Shown one piece after another: positions 38,418-51,379 of a DNA stretch of 64,000 nucleotides. The notes beneath the pieces were generated by a model. It did not search any database. It was not told the origin of the DNA and saw only the letters and a program-made list of their open reading frames with translations. Each line of letters starts with the position of its first letter. Within the stretch, counting starts at the first letter, position 1. Origin of the DNA: Macrostomum lignano (taxonomy: Eukaryota); assembly GCA_002269645.1 (NCBI GenBank), contig NIVC01001064.1, forward strand, positions 1 through 64,000. The letters are read 5' to 3'. Made by a program: the position numbers and the translations under genes.

Positions 38418-40913
38418 CTAAGACACCCGGTCCCGCAGCTCTGCATAATCCAGCAAGCTCTGGTAGAGCATCTCGGACTCATCCTGGCTGCCAGATATCG
38501 GCTCGACGCCCATGTAGGGCCGTCCCAGCAGACCGGTCCGGCTGAAGTACTTGCAGTCTGGCCGCAGGCGCTCGCCAGGATGTGCCACCTGCGCCAGCGC
38601 GTGCACCCCGTTCTCCGCGGTCAGGTTGTAGCTGGTCACCAGCAAGCGAAGCAGGCACAGCAGCGGCCAGGCCAGGTACCAGAACCACAGCGACACGATG
38701 CCTTCAGCCAGGTTGGTGACCACCAGGCCCGGGTCCACCGGGCAGAACTGCACACCGGCAGGCTGGTAGCGCCGGTTGAGGTGCAGGCACAGCAGGTCGA
38801 TGGCGTGCTTGCCAGCGGCGTAGGGCGCCATGGAGTGGCGGCACTCGGGGTCGGACAGCTTGAAGTGACGGCGCGACGCGTTGCAGGATGAAGTCCACAC
38901 AACTCGACTGGCCTGTTGCGGGTTGTCAGGGCGATTCTTGGAGATTTAGGGCGATCTAAATGGGCGATTCTTGGGGAGATTCATGGCGATCTAAATGGGC
39001 GATTCTTGGAGAGATTCATGGCGATCTAAATGGGCGATTCTTGGGGAGATTCAGGGGCGATCTTGATGGGCGATTCTTTGGAAGATTCAGGGGCGATGGT
39101 AAAGGGCGATTCTTGGGGAAATTTAGGGGCGATTCTTGGGGAGATTCAGGGCGATTCTTGGGGAAATTTAGAGGCGATTCTTGGGGAGATTTAAGGCGAG
39201 CTTAATTGGCGATTCTGTGGAGATTCAAGGCCTATTTAATTTTGATTCAGATGGTTCAAACGGGATTCTCAAACACAGGTACAGAGACAATTCCCAGGAA
39301 GTTCTCAGGCTCCGGCCCCTGTTCTCACCTGACCCGTTGCGGAATGCCGACCAAGAGGCGATGGCGCGCCATCAGGCGGATGCAGCAGCCCCATGGTGAG
39401 CAGGAAGTGGCCGCCAACGTTAGTCTTAAAGACGCCCCGCCTGCCGTCCTGGCAGTCAAAGTCGGCCTGCACGAGAACGCCCAGGCCTGTGGTGAGCATG
39501 GACCAGGCCTCCCGGCTGATGAAATTACGGATCAGATAAAACCAATCGACTCGGCTGACCAGCAGAATGCCGGCATTCAGGTAGAGCATATCTATTCGCT
39601 TGTACCTGCGGGTTAGGAAGACTCTTGCGGCCTGGGTTTACTGGAATTTGAGTACTTGGACCCTACCTAGTACCTCCGATTATAACACTTATGGCAGTAG
39701 AATTACTGAGTAGCTAAATACCTGTACTCTTGATAATACAGACAGTACAAAAAAGCCATATATAAAGTGCACTCAAAACAGAAAGTACAAACAAGGTCCT
39801 GCTCAAGTACACTCAAAACACAGAAAATACAGTCATACTTGAAGTGCACTCAAAACACAGAAAAAGTGCAAACAAAGCCATATTTAAAGTACACTAAAAC
39901 ACAGAAAGTACAAAGGAATACTTAAAGTACAATCAAAACACACAGAACGTACAAACAAAGGGGTACTTAAAGTGCACTCAAAACACAGAAAGTGCAACAA
40001 AGCCATAAAGTGCAATCAAAACACAGAAATTACAGTTATGCTTTAAGTACACTACAAACACAGATAGTCATACCTAAAGTACACTCAAAACACAGAGAAA
40101 GTACATACAGTCATACTTGAAGTGCACTTAAAACACAGAGAAAGTACAAAGTCATACCTAAAGTACACTCAAAACACAGAGAAAGTACATGCAGTCATAC
40201 TTGAAGTGCACTCAAAACACAGAGAAAGTACATACAGTCATACTTGAAGTGCACTCAAAACACAGAGAAAGTACAAAGTCATACCTAAAGTACACTCAAA
40301 ACACAGAGAAAGTACATGCAGTCATACTTGAAGTGCACTCAAAACACAGAGAAAGTACATACAGTCATACTTGAAGTGCACTCAAAACACAGAGAAAGTA
40401 CAAAGTCATACCTAAAGTACACTCAAAACTCAGAAAGTGCAACAAAGCTACACTAGAACTGCAGAGCACAAACGCAGCACACTAACTAAAAACACAGATA
40501 GGGAAAACCGAAGTACAGCACAATCTACAATTCATAACTTAAGCACCAAAAGTACAAAGTGCAAAAATAGCCAACCGATTAAGTAGCCACTGCGTGCAAT
40601 CGCGAACAGAATCGAAATCGCTGGTGTCCAGTTTGCACAGGTCAATGCGACACCAAGAAGAATCTGATGTTAAATTTCTACCACTAGAAGCAGAATTAAA
40701 AGCAGCCGCAGCCAAACTGCGCAGCGACTCCGCGGCAGCTCGAGCTGCTTGCAAATTTCTGCAGCACAGACACAGAGTCAGCTGTGGCGGCTTCTCCAGG
40801 GCTGAGGAGGCAGATTCGCTGGCTGCATCAGCGATCAGCTTGCGGGCAAGGCAGAACCCGATGCCCCTATTGGCACCAGTGATGACAATCACCCGCCCGT
40901 CTGAGCTGCCCAT
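38418..40913 (-). CDS. HSD17B7: 3-keto-steroid reductase / 17-beta-HSD7-like short-chain dehydrogenase, 369 aa
   Basis: Exons 40576-40913, 39329-39605, 38418-38912 (1110 nt, phases consistent). Motifs VITGANRGIG (Rossmann), LCCRN, IDMLYLNAG, VFKTNVGGH, VVWTSS, catalytic PYAAGK, PGLVVTNL and a C-terminal hydrophobic segment, as in HSD17B7/ERG27-type SDRs. Confidence 0.8.
38930..39215. repeat. ~21-22 bp minisatellite (GGGCGATTCTTGGGGAGATTCA) in HSD17B7 intron 2
   Basis: Direct reading. Confidence 0.9.
39745..40500. repeat. ~41-44 bp minisatellite (GTCATACTTGAAGTGCACTCAAAACACAGAGAAAGTACA...) in HSD17B7 intron 1
   Basis: GTCATAC recurs at 41-44 nt spacing. Confidence 0.9.
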
Positions 40914-43900
40914 TGCTTCAAGCGATTCAATCCGATTGCTAAAATCTAATTAGCAAAGGATCTGTAAAAGAGTTGCCAGTTGAAGTAAATAAACCAATTT
41001 ACTACTGAATCTCCGTCTGAGCAAATGTGTGTTAAAAGGCGTAAATACTATTTTAACCTTTTGCTATCTAGTTTGCCAAAACTGCGACCTCTGCCACTAG
41101 CTGCCGCTATATTCACCCTTCCTCATCAATCCAGCTGAGTGCGCAGCATCAGCACTAAAGTTGGCAGTAAACCAGAAAATTCAGGTCACTGCCATCCAAT
41201 GTGAAGTGAATGACAAAAACTTGTCTTAAGCAGCGAATGCTATGATGGAACAGCATCACATGTTAGTGCATTCAAAAGAAGAAAGAAATGCATTCAGTGG
41301 GTGAACCATATTCAAGTGTACTTTCAGAGGTGTCTAAAGCTGGTAAGCATCTTTATCTGCACGATAACTAATTGACATCTCTTTCATTTCAGTGTCTATT
41401 GTGAATCTGTATAACAAATACTATGCTTATTGCTTACTGTTTCTTTTTAGTTCATCCACTATTAAATGAATTCTAAATAAACATTCTTCTTGGGCAAACT
41501 GGGTCATAGTTTTGGCAAAATACAGTGCAGTTTAGCTCTATTGTTGCTATCAAAGACCACATGATCTTTTATAACAATGTTTTTAGTCTAAATTTTTCTA
41601 AGCAAAAAAATCATACTAGTAAAAAAGATAGGCCAAATCAAGTTGAAATATACCTAGCAACATATTAAGAACTCACTGCAAAAATAGTGCTATGGTCAAA
41701 AAGTGGCAGTTTAAATCTAACTTTATGCAATAAATTTTGACTATCTTCACTAGCCAAAAATCATTGCTCATAATTAAGCTAGGAATTATAGACATGGTGG
41801 GACTTGTATCATTTTGGGACTAAGATTTAAAAAAAATTAAGTTTTATTTTTTAGGGTGAAAGCTTAAATATGTTGCCTAGTATATTTTATATGAAGCAGT
41901 AAAGCAATGAATGAAAAAGACAAATAATGAGAAATAATAAAAATATAGAGTTAATAGATCTATGGGACTCTAGGAGCATTGTCTATTCAATATTTAAATC
42001 AATTTGAGTTTGACTAGTAATGCCCATATAGTGGCTATAATCTTATAACTCAGGATAGTTCATGACTAGAGCATTTATTAAATCATATACAAAGCTAACT
42101 AGCCTATTGGCTACCTTTTCTATGAGTAGCTATGACCTACTTATGACATTATAAAAACTAATAATAAACAGTAAGAGATTTAACCAAAACCATAGCAAGA
42201 TGAAACACAAACCAGAGCAGAGTAGCTCAGGGCCCAAACATATATATTCAAGTTAATAAACTAAAGATAAGATAGGGGTGGGGTGGAATGCGGGACTAAG
42301 GAAAGAGGCAAGAATGGAAAGCCAATCAGAAGGTGGCAAGGGAGAAAGAAAGATAAGAAATAACTAAATTATCATACTAGGTATTATTAAGCCATTCTAT
42401 ATAATTATGGTCGTAACATGACAGACTATTTTTACTTATAAAATCAAATCTAATAATAGAATATACTAAACCAATATTTTGAATGAAAGATTATTTTGTC
42501 AAGAATATGTTTATAAAGTTTCATATAGATATCATCATTAGTATAGATGCTATTAAACCTTGAATGGCACTTATGGTTGTAACAACAAGATTTTTGACAT
42601 ATAGAAACTAAAAGGTAAAAGTCTTATAACATTTTTCATTTTTGATATTTTGCAATAATTTTTTTTTAATTTGACTAAGAACATCTTTAGAAGTCATACT
42701 TTTTTATTAGAATATATAAACTCAAAAAGGCAACAAAGATACAAAAGAAAAGGCAGCCTTATGGTTGTAATATATTTTTTTCTGTCAATTCAGTAACTTT
42801 GAAGTACTAATATATTAAAACTATAATAGATTATATGGTTGCTAATGTTTTTATCTGATGATGTAAGTACTATAATTTTATATATAGTTTGTTTTAACCT
42901 TCTAAAGCTTTCTATTTGTTTTTAAAAGGTACATAAACTTAATGATGTCTTTTGCTTAGAAAATGTCCAATTTTTTACAAAAATAACTTTTTGCCAATTG
43001 ATAACATACTAATCCAACATTTTATCATTTATTTATTCTTAGATTGTATATATTACATACAAAAAATATTTGGTAAAAAAATTGGCTGATAAGGCAATGA
43101 CAAGCAAAAATATTAACTTTTTTCTATTTTCCAAATATGTCCATCTTATATGGAACAAGCTGTTGAAACCCGCGGAATTTGAACCCGGGGAATTCCAATC
43201 CCCAGAACTACTTTTGCGTGTATTCAGAAAACTGAGCCCATACTCAAAACAAATACTTGTTAATAGTTAATGGGTTAGAGGTAAACAAAATGGAGCACAT
43301 TTGCATAAAATTAGGATTTGAGGTAAACATTGATATTGTTGGCTGGGGTGCCTTTAACTTTAAATAGGCAATTAATGTCTGTCTGACTCTAAAACATGTA
43401 TCGGCAAACTCTGGCCTCTGCCTCTGACTCTCCCTACGTCCCTTGGATCCTTTGAAACTTCTATCTACTCTTCTGTTTCCTCTCTTCTCTCTTGTCCCTC
43501 GTCTCTCCTCTCTCCCCTCTTATATTCCCTCATTTCTCTTCTTTTTCATCTCTCTTATCTCATCTCTTTTCTCTTCTTTTCCCTTTCCTCTCCTCCCACT
43601 CTTCTCTTGTCTTTTCCTTCACCTCTCTTCTCTCTCGTTTTTATTTGCTCTCTGATCTCTCCTTTCTCTTCTTTCTCTTCTCTTTTATCTCTTTTCATTT
43701 CTCTCTGCTTCCTCCCTCTCTCTCTGCCTCCCCTCTCTCTCTTTGCTTCCCCCTTCTCTCTCTGCTTCCCCCTTCTCTCTCTGCTTCACCCCTTCTCTCT
43801 CTGCTTCACCCCTCTCTCTCTGCTTCCCCTCTCTCTCTTATCTCTCCTCTACCATCTTTCTTCTCCTCTCTACTCTCTCCCCTCCATTCTCCTCTTTTCT

Positions 43901-44118
43901 CTCCTCTCGCCTCACTCACTTCTCTCTCCTTTTGTCTCTCCTCTCGTCACTGTAATCTCGTCTCTCTTATCTCTCCTCTGTTCTCTCTACTCTCCCATCT
44001 CTCGGCTGTTCATTTTCGTCTCTGCTCTCAGCTTATCCCCCCTCTTTCATTTGTCATCTTTACTGTCTTATATGATCTCTCATTCTGTCCTCTGTACTCT
44101 TTTATTTCACCTCTTTTG

Positions 44119-47100
44119 CAGTGGCGTATCCAAGGGGGGGGGATGGGGGGGATACATCCCCCCCGAAGGGCTGAAGAAAAAAAATTTAGGTAATGAATTT
44201 TTTACACTTTTGCTTATTTTATCAGTGACTGGAGTGACGGGAGCCTGCCTGCCAAGTGCCACTGCCAGTAAATGTACGAGCAGATTACAGAATAGTGAGA
44301 ATACAGATGGCATAATGAGATTTGAAAAGACCCTTGCCCTTCATTTAGAGTTAAGTTCCTCAACTCTAAGTTCCTTGCCGGGGGGAGGGGCAAGGGGACG
44401 GGCGGGGGAGGGTTGAAGGAAGGAAGCTAGCTATTTTTCAATTCCTGCCCTGTCTTATAGATTATATGTACTATCATACTATGTATGTACATTAACATTT
44501 CCTTCCAATCTGTGGGCTAGCTTAGCTGTGGTTAACATGTTTTAAAGGCCCTGCCCCAGCCCAGGCCTAGCACAAACCACGAATTAAAAAGCTAACCAAT
44601 ATGGCTTCACCTCCAAGCAAACAACTGAAGCTTGATCAGTTCTTTAGAGCTTGTACTCCTCCGGCTCCTATGCAGCAACAACAATTACAAAACGAGGACC
44701 AACATCAATCAGCTCCTGTTCCTGAAGAGATTATTCTCAATGACGACAATGACAGTGACTGCCATCCTAATAGTGACACTGACAGTACTAATAGAAGTTC
44801 TACTTCTGCGACTGCAACTGCAGAACCTCAATGCCAAGACCTACCAGCACAACCACCAGCAGCAGCAGCTATAGAGCCTACAGCTACAGGATTAGCTGGA
44901 ATTGCCTCTCGTGATATTGATGATGCTGTACAACTGCGCATCCAAGGCAAGCTGACTGCCGAAATTCGACGGCTCTTCATGAAAGAAACATTAAAGGTTT
45001 CTGTGGAATACGAGCTACCTTTCACAGAGGGAGCAAAGCAGAAATTTAGACTGAATCACCATCACCTTAATGGGGCAAACAGCTGCTTCTACTTTTCGCC
45101 AAGGAAACAAGGTGTTTACTGCCTGCCGTGTGTTCTTTTTGCACCATCGACTGGCGCAGGCCAGAAGAACAATCAAGAGTTAGGCAGACTGGTCACTATT
45201 CCAGTTACTAACTTTAAGAAGATCACTGACTTCTACTCTAAGCATCGAGACTGCCAGTACCATGCGCAAGCATGTGACGCATTCCAAAAAGTTCTGCAGC
45301 AAGAAGAATCTGGTGATATATCGGCGCAGCTAAAGACAACTGCCCATGCAGCTCTTCAGGACAACAGGTACATCTTCAAGGCTGTTCTACATGCTATTGA
45401 GTACCTTGGTCGCACAAACCAGGGTCTTCGTAGCCATCGAGAAGATGTTGGGTGGCTTAGGCTTCCAGATGCACCCGAACTTGTTGATTACACACAAGGT
45501 AATCTACGTGCCCTTTTGCAGAGAGATGCTCTAAAGGATAGCAAGCTGGCTACACTGCTCCAAAATAGGCCTTTAAACTCTACTGGTCTGTCACCTGTTG
45601 TACAGAACAGGATGATTGAGTGTATTGAAGCTGTAGTTATTCATGACGTAGTTAAGCCAATCAAGTCATTCTACGCCATAATTGCTGATGGAACTAGCGA
45701 TATATCCCATAAGGAGCAGCTGTCGATTAACATACGCTATGTTGACGAAAGTGGAAATGTCCAAGAACGCTTTATTGGTTTCGTTGAACTCAAGAAGCAA
45801 GATTCAGTGGCAATTGTCGATGCCATTAACCAGAAGCTCGATATTCTTCAGCTTGACAAAGATCGGCTTGTTGCCCAAGGCTATGATGGTGCCTCTGTCA
45901 TGAGTGCTGAAGGAGGAGTTCAGGGCCGGATACGAAGAACTTGTCCAAATGCAGTCTATGTACATTGCTTCAGTCACTGCCTGAACCTGTGCATTAAGGC
46001 TGCAGTGGATGGCCGGCACGGCATTCGAGAACTCAAGGCTGCATTTGCAACAATTGATGCTGCATCAAATCACTTCTCACATTCTTCCGTAAGAACGCAG
46101 CAATTTTCTGAAGTTGTGGCAAGAAGTCAGAATAACTCAACAAACAAAACACGACTAAAGCGGTTCTGTCCCACGCACTTCATTGATGGCCTGGATAGTG
46201 TGTTTAACTTTCTCGAACTCTTTGATGCAGCAGTAGAGTACTTCAATGATGCTGACCAGTCAGTGTACAATAACATTGTCAATCCGGTGACAATTGTGGC
46301 ACTGCACGTTCTTCAGGCCTTGCTTGGTGCAATACGCGGTCTTGCAGTTGTGCTTCAGGTAAGAGGCACCTACAACAAATGCAATAAAAATATAATTTTA
46401 CAGATAAAATACATGTATGTGCTATGTGTATCAATAACAATATCAAATATAAAGTACTGGTTTCCTCACCTATCAATATCTAGCTTATATAATACCAGTA
46501 TGTATGGTGTATATTTTACATGAGAGTGTTGATTACGTAGTAGCAGTACATAACATGTACATATTTGAGGTACTTACAATGGTATATTCAAGGTACAGCA
46601 AACAAGCAAATACTAAATTATATATGCTTTGTCTATGCATCTTTATTTCAGGGAAAGGCAATGGATCTTATTGCTGCCAGTGAGGAGGCCGATCGCATTC
46701 TCCATCTCTTGAAGGCTTGGCGTAGTGACTGTGAAGATGCCAAATTCAAGGAAGTCTTTGCCGCAGCTGAGGAACTTCACAAGAAGCACCACGGAGATCA
46801 GCCAATTCCAGATAAGTATCGGGCATCAGCATCCCATCGCAGCCAACATCGTAGCAATGCCCAAGGCGCTAGTGTTTCTGATACATTCAAGCTGAACATC
46901 TGGTATCCAGCCCTTGATCTAATAATTATTGAACTCAGCGAGTGCTTTTCTAAGTCGGCCAAGGTTGCCATGCAAATGGCAAAGCTGCTACTGGCTTTTT
47001 GTGCAGGCCCTGACTCAGCTGAGTCTACTCTAGCAGCAGCCAAAGCATTCGAGGAGTATGCGGCATTTTTAGATATGCCTGCAGTTTGCCTGGCAGAATT

Positions 47101-47968
47101 CGAATGCTGGCAAGCATTCTGCTGCGATTTGCCAGAAACTGAGCGAAATGATATGACCATCTCACAAGCAATCAAGCGGTGCAATCCTAGCTTGTGGCCA
47201 AATGTCTGCAAACTGCTGACAATCTTCCTTACGACTCCAGTCACAACATGCACTGCTGAAAGGTCATTCAGCACCTTGCGCCTTCTGAAGACGTATACCC
47301 GATCAACCATGGGCGAACGCCGGCTTAATGGACTTGCCCTACTGGCTGTTCACAAAGATATCCTGCTTGACTACAATCGAGTAGTCGAGGAGTACTCACG
47401 GAGGTTTGACCCGCGGCTCCGTCTACTTTAAGCCATGGACTCAATGACTCATAATCATGCAAAAGTAATGTAATATTGTAATTTAAATTTAAATTTTACT
47501 AAAAATTTTCTAACTTGCCATCTTGTATCAATCATATTTCTATTTTTTAATTTCTATGGCCTATTGTACTACTTGTTATTTCTGATTTACATGTACATGT
47601 AAACGTAAAATTGTAGTGGTGAATGTCTGGTGAATTATTCATACTCATAGTTTAATACTTAATAGTTTATCCAAATTATTATCCTACTTATCCAAGTTTG
47701 AATTTGCTTATCTGATTAGCTAATTAACTGGAATAGAATGCATAGCTGGTCGACTTTTTACACGCTCAATAAAATAAACAATGATTGATGTTGATGTCTC
47801 ATCCTTAGTAGCAACATTTAATTGAGTTAAACTTGGAGAGGTCCGGTCCTCATCAATTTTGTTTTATACGAGTACAATAAGGATAAAAGAAAAACGAAAA
47901 TAGAGTGCAATCGTTTTCAAAAGTACTTTTGCATCCCCCCCCGAAACAAAATCCTGGTTACGCGCCTG
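44119..47968 (+). mobile_element. Full-length hAT superfamily DNA transposon, 3850 bp
   Basis: Perfect 8 bp TSD CTCTTTTG at 44111-44118 and 47969-47976; imperfect TIRs CAGTGGCGTATCCAAG / (rc) CAGGCGCGTAACCAGG, both followed by subterminal G-run-GAT motifs; encloses a spliced transposase. Confidence 0.93.
44601..47431 (+). CDS. hAT transposase (ZMYM1/PRKRIR-like; TTF zinc finger, DDE core, hATC dimerisation domain), 845 aa
   Basis: Exons 44601-46358 and 46652-47431 (cag|gtaaga ... tttcag|G, phase 0), no stops. Motifs YCLPCVLF, IIADGTSDIS, GYDGASVM, VHCFSHCLNL, TTPVTTCTAERSFSTLRLLKTYTRSTMGERRLNGLALLAVH. Confidence 0.9.
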
Positions 47969-49099
47969 CTCTTTTGTCTCCTCACCTTCCTTTCTCCTTT
48001 CTTCTCTTTTCTTCTCTTCCCTCTTCTATATACTCTCTCCCTCTCTTGTCTCGTCTCTTTTCTCTCCACTCTCCTCCTTTATCTCTCATCTCTCCTTTCT
48101 CCTCTTTATTAACTCCTCTCTGCTCTTCTCTTTGCTCTCTTCTCATCTGCAGCTCTCTACTCTCTCCTCTCTACTTGCTCCTCTACTCACTCCTCTACTC
48201 TCTCTTCTCTACTTGCTCCTCTACTCTTTCCTCTCTACTCACTCCTCTACTCTCTCCTCTCATCGTCCTCACTCCCTCATCCCTCCTATTATCTTTTATC
48301 TTATTCTCTCTCACACCTCTCCTCTCTTTTCGAATAGTCTATTCCTTCTTCTCTCCACTCTCAACTGCCCCTCAGCCATAAGCAGGATTCTTTTCTGGCC
48401 TTTGAGGTAAAAGTATGCCCATTCCTGCTTGGAAAGCCAGTTTGTGGGACGTAGTACTCTCATGGCTGTTCTCATGCTTTGATCATGTTATCTTTCTTGC
48501 CAATTTGCAAGCCCTGAAAAGAATTTGTATATCTTCAGCTCCACTGCAGTCTGCATCAGTCTAACAACCAAGGAAATATGCATTTCTTAGGAGGCCATTT
48601 AAATTTTAAAGTACCTTTAAGAGAAACCTTAAATTTCCATGATGTGACTAATTTAGTAGGATTATATTGCATTGCATCGCCTTTTCATAAATCTTTCGCT
48701 TTTACAAACCATGCTGGATTACCTTGATTTGCCATCCACTGTTAAACTGCTGCAGAGTTTGCCAATACAGAAGGGAGGGCAATGGTTAGAATTTCTCACT
48801 AAACTGTTATGGCCAAACGTAGCCTCTCCACTCTCGGGGTGCAGAGAAGGCTATAAATAAAGTTATTCCAAAACACTGTACATTTGCTATGTACATTCAG
48901 TCCTATTGCCTGACCTTTCGTCTGGCTCTGGGGGAATGAGTGAGTGGGTGGCACAAACAACAGAAAAAGCAGACAAACTTCACATGTTTACAGTTTCTTT
49001 TTCGGTTGAGTTGCAGAGTTGAAACTTTACATTTAGATAGAGAATGAGTCAATGAAGAATTGTGTCAAGTTTAAAGTCAATCGCTTCATGTGGAGCAAA

Positions 49100-49575
49100 C
49101 TTATGGCAGCCGAAAGTTAGTCAATTTTGAAACCCCTTTTACACATCTGGGCCCAGATCGGTATTTGGAAAGAGAAGCAGGCGGGCGGAGGTTGAGGTGG
49201 TTGCTACGCTGAAAAAAACTGCCTAACTTTAAAAGTGCATAGCACCGCTCAGGATTAACTTTAAGACTTGAAATTTTACACGATTGTGCCAAAATAGTTT
49301 AAGATTATCTGTGTCAAATTTGAAGAGGATCGGTAGAAGTGGAATGGCGCTATGGAGGATTTAGTGAAAAAATCGCGCATTTTGAGCAGTTTTTTGCACT
49401 TTTAGGTAGGAAGGCTCAAATTTAGGAAATTTTAAGGTAGCCTAAGACATTCTCCGTAGTGAGGTTTAGGGCGGGTGCAAAATTTGGTGGCATTTGGTTG
49501 GGCGGTTTGGGAGTCTATAGCGAACAAAATTGTCCACAAACACACACACAGAGTTTTGATTTTTATATGTAGAGA
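49100..49575 (-). mobile_element. Probable 5' end of a non-autonomous Helitron-like element
   Basis: Minus strand reads A|TCTCTACATATAAAAATCAAAACTCTGTGTGTGTGTTTGT...CTCCCAAACC...CCAAATTTTGCAC, the TC start and style typical of invertebrate Helitron 5' ends. The 3' CTRR/hairpin was not located, so the left coordinate is arbitrary. Confidence 0.35.
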
Positions 49576-51379
49576 TGGGCCTATTAAGATTTAAAATTAT
49601 CGTAATGATAATTTAATCAAGCTATATATAGTCTATATATTCAGCTGGCAACTCTCTTATAGATCCTTTGCTTATTAGATTTTAGCAATGTCTATATTAT
49701 AGACATTATAGTTGGCTTATTTTTTGCTAAAATTTAATGGCAAATAAGATTTATCAATGAAAAAAGGAAGAAACTATAATCAGCAAAATAGATACATTAT
49801 ACAATATTACAAATATAAATAAAAAATTAACTGAGTCTCTAATCATATTCACTAGAGATTACAGACAGTTATTGATTGATACAAATTTATTTGACTAAAT
49901 AAAATTTAATTCTATAGATTTAGAATTCTAGGAATCCAGAATTCTATATTAATTCTATGCCTCATGCCCTACAAAAAGTGACAACAGTATTAAAATTATA
50001 ATATTTAGTATAGTTATAGTTATACTAATAAAGTTATGCTTATCTTTTTCTTCTATTTACAGTATAAGAAACAACTACATTGTCATTAGGCCCTACTACA
50101 ATATAATAAAAATGCAAAATGGTGAGTAATAATATTTAGGCTGTTAAATTTGACCAAACAACTCCTCATATAATTGTGACGACACATGTTGCAAGGGCAT
50201 AATTTATTTTATCCCAAAAATAACTTATACAAAAACTGTGATAGGGGTGACTTAACTTCAATTTGAATCTTACTATTCGAAATTCGAATTCGAATCAAGG
50301 AAAAATAGGCTTTTCACAAAGATTAGTTCTAAAACCAAAATAATTCCAATTTAAGAACCAGAATTGGTAGGAAAATGAAAAGCTTTGAACCCATTATATG
50401 TTTGCCAGTCTTTATAATTTAGGCCTAATTTTGTCTTTTGTTGACTTTGTTTCTTCTTGAATAATGGATATGACAAAAAATGGAATATTTATATATCAAT
50501 AATAAAAAAATTGACAATTTCAAATCTATTTTACTATTAAAGTGTAAACATGAAAATTGATCAAGAAATTTTCTCAATCCAAATTCTAGAACCAGAACAT
50601 GGTTTGGGAACTGATTTTGAAAATGGAATAGACAATATGAAAAGCTTCAATTGAATGTGCAGGAGTCTTTTTTGACTTAGAGTTGAGCAGGAAGTATACA
50701 ATCATGCATTAAACGAAAAAAGCTGCTTAGAGGAAGCACAATATAGTATCTGTGACACATATCCTTGTTGCTGAGATGGGCATAAAGGTGTAGAAATTAA
50801 TTTCTGTTCAAAAGGATCATTATAAAATTTGTAAAAATCCCTTTAAACTTAAAGCAGAGTTGAAACAATGCAAAATTTTTTGTTGCTAAACTGTAGTTTT
50901 TTTTACAGTTTTTCTTTAATTTGTAGTAGGGCATTATTTTAGGGATGGAAATAGACGCGGGACAAATAACAAACTACAGAGCAGTTGGGCTCTTGGGAAA
51001 GCATCCTGCGGAGATTCCATTTGTGATCTTGCATATGCGAAATTTCTAAAAACTCAAGGAATTGGTAAGAAAACTAAAGAGCGAAGAAAAGGGGAAATAT
51101 AATTTAGGAAACGCACAGAGGAGTCTTGCCTCTAAAACTAATTGGGAGTCTTGCCCAGAGCACATAGGGAGAATAAGGGATTAATGTACCAAACCAACTT
51201 TTGTACAAGTAACATATTCTTTTCTTTATTAAACTTGTGTTAACTAAACTTATTGGTATCCTGACTTGATTCTTTAATATCTAACACTAGAATTAGGGAA
51301 CTCACGGACCTGGTGGCAGCGAATCTACCAATCTCATTTTATCTCAACCAGTATAACCAGGAATTCCACCAGAAAATCC

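Larger units (their letters stand above)
43155..48420 (+). mobile_element. Dispersed repeat family member (conserved head + CT-rich core) interrupted by the hAT transposon
   Basis: Head CAAGCTGTTGAAACCCGCGGA(A/T)TTTGAACCCGGGGAATTCCAATCCCC...CATTGATATTGTTGGCTGGGGTGC...CCTTTGAAAC is shared with ~52310-52580. The CT core runs 43460-44118 and resumes at 47969. Right boundary approximate. Confidence 0.6.
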
